From a virus (taxonomy: Duplodnaviria > Caudoviricetes): a stretch of 57,465 nt of DNA. Below the pieces are notes generated by a model. The model was not told the origin of the DNA. It was given only the letters and a program-made list of their open reading frames with translations, and ran no database searches. This document shows positions 40,785 to 48,261 of the stretch, piece after piece. How positions within the stretch are numbered: position 1 is the first letter of the stretch; every line of letters begins with the position of its first letter. The stretch is from IMG/VR virus record IMGVR_UViG_3300013132_000059, positions 1 through 57,465 of that record. One strand, given 5' to 3'. Position numbers and translations under genes: made by a program.

Positions 40785-41791
40785 GTTTATTTAAAAAGGC
40801 AGCATTTTTTACAGACATACACTTTGGCCTTAAATCTAATAGTCAAATACATAATCAAGACTGTGAAGATTTTGTAGATTGGTTTATTAAAACAGCAAAA
40901 GAGAATGGTTGTGATACTGGATTTTTTCTTGGTGATTGGCATCATAATCGTAACAGTCTTAATATTGTTACTATGGATTACAGCCTTAGAAGTTTAGAAA
41001 AACTAGGCCAAGCATTTGATCAGTTCTACTTCTTTCCTGGTAATCATGATCTATACTATAAAGATAAACGAGATATTCATAGTGTGGAGTTTGGCAAATA
41101 TATACCAGGTATCACCGTTGTACATAAACCTATGACACAAGGTGAAGTTACTATGTGTCCTTGGCTTGTAGGTGATGAGTGGAAAACTGTAGGAAAAAAA
41201 GATGCACGTTATATCTTTGGTCACTTTGAACTGCCCAGTTTCTTTATGAATGCCATGGTACAGATGCCTGATCATGGTGAAATACAATTGAGCCAATTTA
41301 AAAAATATGAAGTTGGCCTAAGTGGACATTTTCATAAACGCCAAAATAAACAGAACATGCACTATATTGGCAATGCCTTTCCACATAACTATGCTGATGC
41401 TTGGGATGATGATAGAGGTATGATGATCTTAGAGTGGGGAGGCGAACCTGAATACTATGCTTGGCCCGATCAACCTACCTTTAGAACTATTTCATTGAGT
41501 AGGCTTATTGATGAAAAAGATACATTAATTAAACCTAAACAACATCTTAGAGTAACATTGGACATACCTATTAGTTATGAGGAAGGCAGTTTGATCAAAG
41601 AAGATTTTATTGGAAATTATAACATTCGTGAACTCACACTGATTCCTGAAAAGCGTGATGTTGAAATTAATAGCGATTTAGAAATTACAGCGTTTGAAAG
41701 TTTAGACCAAATTGTAATAAATCAGTTGACAAGTTTAGAAAGTGACACTTATAATATTAAACTTCTTATGGATATCTATAAAAATATATGA
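40781..41791 (+). CDS. Recombination endonuclease, gp47/Mre11/SbcD-like
   Basis: Metallophosphoesterase motifs TDIHFG, GDWHH, GNHD, GHFE, SGHFH. Confidence 0.93.
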   Translation: MSLFKKAAFFTDIHFGLKSNSQIHNQDCEDFVDWFIKTAKENGCDTGFFLGDWHHNRNSLNIVTMDYSLRSLEKLGQAFDQFYFFPGNHDLYYKDKRDIHSVEFGKYIPGITVVHKPMTQGEVTMCPWLVGDEWKTVGKKDARYIFGHFELPSFFMNAMVQMPDHGEIQLSQFKKYEVGLSGHFHKRQNKQNMHYIGNAFPHNYADAWDDDRGMMILEWGGEPEYYAWPDQPTFRTISLSRLIDEKDTLIKPKQHLRVTLDIPISYEEGSLIKEDFIGNYNIRELTLIPEKRDVEINSDLEITAFESLDQIVINQLTSLESDTYNIKLLMDIYKNI

Positions 41792-43560
41792 TAAAAATAA
41801 AAGACTTAACCGTTAGAAATTTTATGAGCGTGGGTAATAATACTCAGGCAGTAGATTTTTGTAAGGAACAACTGACATTGGTCTTAGGCGAGAATCTGGA
41901 CCAGGGTGGTGATGATAGTGGCAGTCGTAATGGTACAGGTAAAACTACCATCATTAATGCTCTAAGCTACGCTCTTTTTGGACAGGCACTGACCAACATC
42001 AAGAAGGATAATCTCGTCAACAAGACCAATAATAAAAATATGTTAGTCACACTGAACTTTGAAAAGAATGGCACTACTTACAAAGTAGAACGTGGGCGTA
42101 GACCTAATGTTTTCAAGTTCTATATCAATGGTGAAGAACAAGAAATCATTGATGAAAGTCAAGGTGATGTAAGAGAAACACAGAAGGACTTGGATGATCT
42201 ACTGGGTATGACGCACGATATGTTTAAAAATATTGTTGCTCTAAATACTTACACAGAGCCTTTTCTCAGTATGAGGGCTGCTGACCAACGTATGATTATT
42301 GAGCAATTGCTGGGTATTACCTTACTCAGTGAAAAAAGTGATGCACTGAAAGAATTAGTTAGACAAAGTAAAGAAGCCATACAGCAGGAAACTGCCAACA
42401 TTGAAGCCACTAAGAAAAGTAATGATCGTATTGAACAAAGTATCCTCAGCCTACAATCAAAACAACGGGCTTGGAGTAAACAGCAGCAGGATGACATTGA
42501 AAAATTAGCATCTAATATTGAGGAACTACAAAATATAGACATTGAGGAAGAATTGGGTCAGCATAAACGTCTTAAAAGTTATCTTGACCTAAGTAATCGT
42601 ATCAGTAGTTTGAACAAAGAAAGTGCTACTCTTGAGACTGCTCTAATGCAGGCTGAAAAGAATTGGAAGAAGTTTGTTAAGGAAGTAGAAGACTTGGCAA
42701 CTCATAATTGTCCCAAGTGTAACAATCCAATTCACGATGCCCAACATAAAGAAATGAAAAAGGCTGCTCAAAAAAGTGTAAGTGAATCAGCCCTCTATAT
42801 GGAAAATGTAGGACAAAAATTAGAACTTGTGATCAGTGAACTAAATGAAATTGGTGATATAAATGGTAGACCAGAAACTTTTTATGACACTGTGGAAGAG
42901 GCTCTAAAGCATCAAAACAATCTTAAAACATTAGAAGATGCCTTGATACGACGCAGTGAAGAAACTGATCCATATCAAGAACAGATTGATGAACTACGCA
43001 ATACAGCAATGGAAGAAATTAATTGGGATCGTGTCAATGAACTCACTGCTATAAAAGATCATCAAGAGTTTTTAATTAAATTGTTGACCAGCAAGGATAG
43101 TTTTATTCGTAAAAAGATTATTGATCAAAACTTGAACTATCTCAATAATAGGCTAAGTTATTACTTGGATCGTATGGGATTGCCACATCAAGTGTTATTT
43201 CAGAATGACCTCACTGTAGAAATTACTCAACTAGGACAGGACTTAGACTTTGATAATTTAAGCAGAGGTGAACGCAATAGATTAATCTTAGGACTAAGTT
43301 GGGCATTTAGAGATGTTTGGGAAAGTTTATATCAGAATATTAATTTATTATTCATTGATGAACTTATTGACAACGGATTAGATTCAAGTGGAGTAGAAAG
43401 TGCTCTTGCTGTGTTGAAAAAGATGGCCAGAGAGCGTAATAAAAATATCTACTTGATCAGTCATAAAGATGAGCTACAGGGTAGAGTAAACAATGTACTC
43501 AAGGTCATTAAGGAAAATGGTTATACTAGTTATGCTACAGACTTGGAGATCATAGATTGA
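41788..43560 (+). CDS. Recombination ATPase, gp46/Rad50/SbcC-like
   Basis: Walker A NGTGKTT, coiled coil with CPKC zinc hook, LSRGE signature, IDE Walker B, ISH. Confidence 0.95.
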   Translation: MIKIKDLTVRNFMSVGNNTQAVDFCKEQLTLVLGENLDQGGDDSGSRNGTGKTTIINALSYALFGQALTNIKKDNLVNKTNNKNMLVTLNFEKNGTTYKVERGRRPNVFKFYINGEEQEIIDESQGDVRETQKDLDDLLGMTHDMFKNIVALNTYTEPFLSMRAADQRMIIEQLLGITLLSEKSDALKELVRQSKEAIQQETANIEATKKSNDRIEQSILSLQSKQRAWSKQQQDDIEKLASNIEELQNIDIEEELGQHKRLKSYLDLSNRISSLNKESATLETALMQAEKNWKKFVKEVEDLATHNCPKCNNPIHDAQHKEMKKAAQKSVSESALYMENVGQKLELVISELNEIGDINGRPETFYDTVEEALKHQNNLKTLEDALIRRSEETDPYQEQIDELRNTAMEEINWDRVNELTAIKDHQEFLIKLLTSKDSFIRKKIIDQNLNYLNNRLSYYLDRMGLPHQVLFQNDLTVEITQLGQDLDFDNLSRGERNRLILGLSWAFRDVWESLYQNINLLFIDELIDNGLDSSGVESALAVLKKMARERNKNIYLISHKDELQGRVNNVLKVIKENGYTSYATDLEIID

Positions 43561-43793
43561 TGCATAGAGATGATAGGCTGCACGATGAATTAATGGCAGC
43601 ATTTAGGGAGTATTTTAAGGCACATACTGATTGGGTAGAGAAAGGCACACGAGTCTCAGGCTTAAAAACACGAAAGACATTAAGTACAATTAAAAAATTA
43701 GCCATGCTGCGTAGAGAAGAAATTATGCAATGGCGCTATGCAATAGATAGAGAAAAGGCAGCACGCAAGGCACTTCAGAAGGATTTAAAATGA
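43557..43793 (+). CDS. Hc1-like (histone H1-like) small basic protein
   Basis: EKG.R.SG...RK.L..I.KLA..RR.EI pattern resembling the Hc1 family. Confidence 0.55.
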   Translation: MMHRDDRLHDELMAAFREYFKAHTDWVEKGTRVSGLKTRKTLSTIKKLAMLRREEIMQWRYAIDREKAARKALQKDLK

Positions 43794-44680
43794 AGATTTT
43801 GCTCACTGGTAGAAAAGAAACTCCTGAAGGATGTGATTATTTGATTGATCCTGTTTTACATGGATTGAGAAATACTATTGGCATAGAAGTTGTTGATGAT
43901 CCTAAAGTGCATAATATGTATTTTTTTGATGATGAAAAAAAATTACAAAAAATGTATGGTCGTGGATTTACCATATACGGGACACTTCCTGATATAGATA
44001 TCGATAGATCAAATATTAATGAAAAAATTAAGGATAACTATTTTGATTATATCTTTATTGGTGGGGCATGGAATAGGCCTACTCCGCATTTGAAAACAAT
44101 ATTATCATGTTACCAAAAAAATAAGATTGTTATATTGGACAGCAGGTTAGATTCAACAGTTCCACAACACTTAGTTGATAATTCAATTTATTTTAAAACT
44201 GCTCTTTATAATGAAATTTCAGGAGTTATTCCAATCAGCTTTGGGTTTCCTAAAGAAAAGATTCAATCTCCTTTAGAAAAAATAAGAAAGGATTCTTTAG
44301 TAAAACCTTCTAACCACTGGCACGGTTCGCAAAGCTATATCTATACAAAAGAACAGGATTACTATGATGATTATAGATACAGTTTATTTGGTCTTACTAA
44401 AAAAAGAGGGCAATGGGAATGTTTAAGACATTATGAAATTATGGCTTGTAGATGTATTCCATATTGGCCTAGTATAGATGACTGTCCATCTACTACATGT
44501 ATAACAATGCCTAAAGAATTATTTAAATGTGCTAATATTTTATATAAAGAATCTTTTGATTTTTTTAAAACAGATATAGGATTGACAGAATATAATGATT
44601 TAGAAGTACAAATTTTTGAACATTTTAACAATAATTGTACAACAGAATCTTTAGTAAAATATATTTTTGACAAACTATGA
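43790..44680 (+). CDS. Glycosyltransferase-like protein (GT-B-like C-terminus)
   Basis: Y..D...S.F.LT.K.G.WECLRHYEI.A..CIP motif. Confidence 0.6.
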   Translation: MKILLTGRKETPEGCDYLIDPVLHGLRNTIGIEVVDDPKVHNMYFFDDEKKLQKMYGRGFTIYGTLPDIDIDRSNINEKIKDNYFDYIFIGGAWNRPTPHLKTILSCYQKNKIVILDSRLDSTVPQHLVDNSIYFKTALYNEISGVIPISFGFPKEKIQSPLEKIRKDSLVKPSNHWHGSQSYIYTKEQDYYDDYRYSLFGLTKKRGQWECLRHYEIMACRCIPYWPSIDDCPSTTCITMPKELFKCANILYKESFDFFKTDIGLTEYNDLEVQIFEHFNNNCTTESLVKYIFDKL

Positions 44681-45321
44681 ATATTGAATTACATTTATTC
44701 ACGAATAGTTCAATTAGTTCACCATCAACTTCTCTAATTGAAAAAACTTATAAATCGTTTCTAAAGACTTTTAAAATTAATTTAGAGACTTTTGTATGGG
44801 TAGATCCTAATCCTAATATTAAAGAATTTGAAGAATATCAAAAAAATTTAAAAAAAATATTTAAAAATATACAAGTATCAAATAGTTTGAGTGATGGTTA
44901 TGTTAGAGGAGTTGATCAATCTAATAAAGACTTCTTGTTCATGTTGGAACATGATTGGATTTTTACAGAAAACTTGAAACACTCTTTAGAAGATATATTA
45001 AAAGTAATGTATGATAATAATTTGATACATTTAAGATTTAATAAAAGAAACAATATAGTAAAAAATTGGGACAAAGAATTATTGGAAGTGAAAACTCCTA
45101 TATTTGATTATTGCTTAACTTCAAATATTAGCAATAATCCACATATTATTAATAGAAGTATATGGCTTACTGAGGCAAAAAAATATATTAAAATTCAAAA
45201 AGGCAATACAGGCATTGAACAAGAACTAATAAAGGCAAACTTAAAAGGCGCTATATATGGTGGATTAAATTATCCAAACACTATACAACACTTAGATGGA
45301 AAGGCAAATAAAAATTTTTGA
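44677..45321 (+). CDS. GT-A-like glycosyltransferase
   Basis: FLFMLEHDW acidic motif, SNNPHI and C-terminal HLDG. Confidence 0.6.
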   Translation: MNIELHLFTNSSISSPSTSLIEKTYKSFLKTFKINLETFVWVDPNPNIKEFEEYQKNLKKIFKNIQVSNSLSDGYVRGVDQSNKDFLFMLEHDWIFTENLKHSLEDILKVMYDNNLIHLRFNKRNNIVKNWDKELLEVKTPIFDYCLTSNISNNPHIINRSIWLTEAKKYIKIQKGNTGIEQELIKANLKGAIYGGLNYPNTIQHLDGKANKNF

Positions 45322-45337
45322 CCATGATATATAATAG

Positions 45338-45775
45338 ATGTCATGGACACATCAAGGCCAACTAGTCACAGAAATCCTAGAGGAATATATAGGCTTCGTT
45401 TATCTTATAACCAATACAATATCAGGCAAAATGTATATTGGCAAAAAGTTATCAAAGTTTGCCAAAACTACTTACAAGGTCGTAAAATTAAAAAATGGCA
45501 CTAAGAAACGTAAAAAAATTAAAGGCAAAATAGAAAGTGATTGGCAAGATTATTATGGCTCAAACGACGCATTAAAGGCAGATGTAATAAAATTAGGTCC
45601 AGAAAAATTCCAACGAGAAATATTATACTATTGTAAAAGTAAGGCAGAATGTAGTTACATAGAGGCAAGAGAACAATTCTCAAGGCGTGTATTGGAAAGC
45701 GATGACTACTATAACGGACAGATCAGTGTTCGTGTTCATGGTAGTCATATCAAAGGCAAAATTTTAAACGGTTAA
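45338..45775 (+). CDS. Small free-standing GIY-YIG (Seg-like) endonuclease
   Basis: GFVYLITN...GKMYIGKK, YYGS, conserved E (YIEARE) and YYN. Carries a basic insert KLKNGTKKRKKIK. Confidence 0.85.
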   Translation: MSWTHQGQLVTEILEEYIGFVYLITNTISGKMYIGKKLSKFAKTTYKVVKLKNGTKKRKKIKGKIESDWQDYYGSNDALKADVIKLGPEKFQREILYYCKSKAECSYIEAREQFSRRVLESDDYYNGQISVRVHGSHIKGKILNG

Positions 45776-46195
45776 GGCTTGGCACCGGCTAAACTTCAGG
45801 TGCCTCTATACCTGGACAAATGTATCGCAGGGATGATTTCGCTGCCGTAGCGAGGACTCAGCCACTACCCGCAAGGATGACGATCACTTAACTGCCGTGA
45901 TTTGGCTGTTTGAATAGGATAAAGGCCAAAAGACGCTGATTTTCAGCACGTTTTACAAATATGTTAGCGTATATTTGTAAAGCCGCCGTTGTATGAAGAC
46001 TGTGCTCGAGGTACCGGACAACCGCCTCTGTAATGCACTAACGCTAATGACCGAGCAACTCGCATAATGTTCTTCGCCCTGTGTGGGCGAAGTGTGACGT
46101 CACAATCTGCATAATATTAAAAAAAACAAAAGACGAAGAAAAAACTTTTTAGGACGACTAAGTCCTAAAAAAGAGTGAGCGTAGCATCACTCTCC
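45776..46195 (+). ncRNA. Candidate large structured non-coding RNA (family not recognised)
   Basis: ORF-free and GC-rich (65/120 GC by hand count in 45781-45900). About ten helices, nested multi-stem domains, a GCAA tetraloop, and loop 45963-45970 complementary to 46041-46048. Confidence 0.65.
46146..46192. terminator. Two tandem hairpins, possible terminator or RNA 3' end
   Basis: tttttaggac/gtcctaaaaa (46146-46171) and gagtga/tcactc (46173-46192) follow an A-rich tract. Confidence 0.45.
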
Positions 46196-46199
46196 TTAA

Positions 46200-46205
46200 T
46201 AAATA
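46200..46205 (+). promoter_or_regulatory. Late promoter core TAAATA
   Basis: 4 nt before ATG 46210. Confidence 0.65.
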
Positions 46206-46209
46206 CAAG

Positions 46210-47142
46210 ATGAAAATCTTAGAAATAATTGGTGCTTTATCAAGAGTTGGTGGATATTTAATGAATCCTGTAACTACTAAAGGAATATCTCAAACGGCTA
46301 AACTGTCTAAAGACACATTGCCTTTTAAAAATGCTGCTAAAGCAACTAAAGCTGGAGAAAAGGCTGCAAAAAACATGCGTAAGGTTATACCTTTCGCTAG
46401 TAAAGGTGGGTGGATTGAGAAAACTCTGACTAAGTCTTTTGTAAACAGAAATCTTAAAGCTCTCAATGCTGCTAAAGCAGAAATTGCTCGTAATGGAACA
46501 CAGGTATTTGGTGATACCATATTCAAATTATTTTGGGCAGCGAACATTTGGGACGCAGTCACTGATTATTATGCAGCAAAGCAAATATTATTAGAAAATC
46601 CACCTCCTGATGCTGATGCTCAGTTGAAAAAATTACAAGGTCAATTTATGGCACAAGTTTTATTACCTGGAATAGCCATGGGTGGTGCAAAATTATTAGG
46701 AATGATTCCTAATGCATTGGCCAGCGTAGCAAAGTCATCACCGGGAACTACATTACCTAAATTGGGTATGACTATAAATGTAGCCACTGATTTCATAGTT
46801 AGAGCAGGAGCAGCCGGTGCACTGGCAGTATTCATGACTGATGAAGGTAAACAAAAAATTTCAGAATGGTTAGGTGGAGTTATAGATGGTCTAGGATTTG
46901 TTAGTTCTCCATTGTTTACTCTACTTGAATATGCAGTACCGGCATTAGAAATGGCCACAGGTATGAAGGCTCCACAGGTGGTTAAGAATTTTGTAGCGCA
47001 ACCAAAAGCACCTGCTGCTGGTGCTCAAGGTGGTTCAGATCAAAGTGGAGTTGCAGGATCTGTACTAGGCGCACTGGCAGGTGGCGGCACCTTGGATGAT
47101 ATTGCAGCCACCAAATTTGCAGATATGGTCACTAAAAAATAA
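46210..47142 (+). CDS. Hypothetical late protein, possible internal head/ejection protein
   Basis: TAAATA 4 nt upstream, MKILEII N-terminus, basic first third, Ala/Gly-rich hydrophobic helices. Confidence 0.6.
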   Translation: MKILEIIGALSRVGGYLMNPVTTKGISQTAKLSKDTLPFKNAAKATKAGEKAAKNMRKVIPFASKGGWIEKTLTKSFVNRNLKALNAAKAEIARNGTQVFGDTIFKLFWAANIWDAVTDYYAAKQILLENPPPDADAQLKKLQGQFMAQVLLPGIAMGGAKLLGMIPNALASVAKSSPGTTLPKLGMTINVATDFIVRAGAAGALAVFMTDEGKQKISEWLGGVIDGLGFVSSPLFTLLEYAVPALEMATGMKAPQVVKNFVAQPKAPAAGAQGGSDQSGVAGSVLGALAGGGTLDDIAATKFADMVTKK

Positions 47143-47143
47143 A

Positions 47144-47323
47144 TCACACTAAAGGTAACCCACTCTTTTTAGTATTTTCTATATTGTTCTTGATAATGTC
47201 ATTGAGTATGGCACGATCTTCTGCGCTATATACATGAAACAAATCCTCGGCAGTGACACCACCTCTCATGTACCAACTTATAGTAAAAATATCGTCTTTA
47301 ATTCTTTTTGTGGCTAATTCCAT
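47144..47323 (-). CDS. Small gp51-like ORF, probable -1 frameshift extension of the gp26-like gene (missing from ORF track)
   Basis: Manual translation MELATKRIKDDIFTISWYMRGGVTAEDLFHVYSAEDRAILNDIIKNNIENTKKSGLPLV*. The frame is open upstream through the gp26 slippery site. Confidence 0.75.
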   Translation of the reverse strand: MELATKRIKDDIFTISWYMRGGVTAEDLFHVYSAEDRAILNDIIKNNIENTKKSGLPLV

Positions 47324-47364
47324 ATCCTTGAAAAAATCTTCAAGTTCAGAATCTGGGATATAAA

Positions 47365-48204
47365 TTAGCCTCTGGCGAAAAAATTTGCCTGATCCATTGT
47401 TATACTGATTTTACTTTGATGACTGCACTCTGGACATTGTACATCTTGTTCTGGAATATCCCATTGACGTTTATTTGCTTCTAGTTTTTCTTTTATTTTT
47501 TTATAAAATTCTTTGTCACTATTTCTAATCCATTCACTGATCATTTCTTTATCATCTACCAGTTGATCAGGTAATTGAACATGTTCTATACTAATTTCAA
47601 ATAGTTCAACTTGCATTTCTGCTATACGTTTGTAGATATCATCTTGAGTTTGCAGTGTTTGTTCTTCGTTGCCAGCACTTTCCATCTTGCTAAGTTGATA
47701 TAGCATTTTTTGTAGTTTGTAATTTTCTACATTAAACTTAGTAACTTCTTCATAGCGCAAAGGTCTAATTGTTACTTGTAGTTCACCTAGATCAATTTTT
47801 CCATCGTAGACCTGTTCACTTAGGTATGATAATACTTGCCCCAAATTCACAGTGTAATCATTCATACTTTGACAGTTTGGACATCTATGCATAACGTCCA
47901 TCTCACTGCCATAAGTGGCTATTCTTATAGCAACAAGTAAGCAGTCAACATCAATACTGGGCATATTCCAAGCATTTTTAATATATGGGCAGCAACTTTC
48001 AATAACTTTTACACTACTTTCACCGTTAAATAAAGCATCAGGCGTTTTCATCAATATTTCGTCCATACCAGTCATACCAAAAATTGGGGCATTTGCACTG
48101 TTACCGACAAAATCTTGTTCACCATAGTAGGCACCTTTGCTGGGTAAAGCAATGTAAATTTTAGGTTGTCTAAAGTATTTCTGTAGAGGGTTTCCTTGTG
48201 CCAT
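47365..48204 (-). CDS. Baseplate hub/tail assembly chaperone, gp26-like
   Basis: LPS.G, MT..DE, D...LL.AIR.A.YG, CPNC...CPEC, and an ending ..NFF. Confidence 0.8.
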   Translation of the reverse strand: MAQGNPLQKYFRQPKIYIALPSKGAYYGEQDFVGNSANAPIFGMTGMDEILMKTPDALFNGESSVKVIESCCPYIKNAWNMPSIDVDCLLVAIRIATYGSEMDVMHRCPNCQSMNDYTVNLGQVLSYLSEQVYDGKIDLGELQVTIRPLRYEEVTKFNVENYKLQKMLYQLSKMESAGNEEQTLQTQDDIYKRIAEMQVELFEISIEHVQLPDQLVDDKEMISEWIRNSDKEFYKKIKEKLEANKRQWDIPEQDVQCPECSHQSKISITMDQANFFARG

Positions 48205-48215
48205 AAAAACTCCGA

Positions 48216-48237
48216 TAAATAATTAATGTTATTTATA
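48216..48237. promoter_or_regulatory. Overlapping, oppositely oriented late promoters
   Basis: TAAATA on + at 48216-48221 and a perfect T4 late consensus TATAAATA on - at 48230-48237. Confidence 0.7.
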
Positions 48238-48261
48238 AACACACATATCTGGTAAAAAAAT

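Noticed and set aside
41788-43560. gp46/gp47 as an SMC-type defence system
   Set aside because: The gp55-gp47-gp46 arrangement is the standard T4-like recombination module.
45318-45335. sigma70 promoter TTGACC...TATAAT before the GIY-YIG gene
   Set aside because: The boxes are only 6 bp apart. A late-type TATATA reading fits better.
46058-46085. dif/Xer site (AACTCGCATAA-TGTTCT resembles a XerC arm)
   Set aside because: No XerD arm (TTATGTTAAAT-like) follows either GCATAAT copy.
46093-46104. CRP site (TGTGA..TCACA)
   Set aside because: The spacer is 2 bp rather than the required 6 bp.
45776-46195. Group I intron, tRNA, tmRNA, RNase P or hammerhead identity for the structured region
   Set aside because: No interrupted host gene, and by eye no P7 R/S consensus, T-loop/CCA end, GAGGAAAGTCC or CTGATGA core. 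An Infernal search is still needed.
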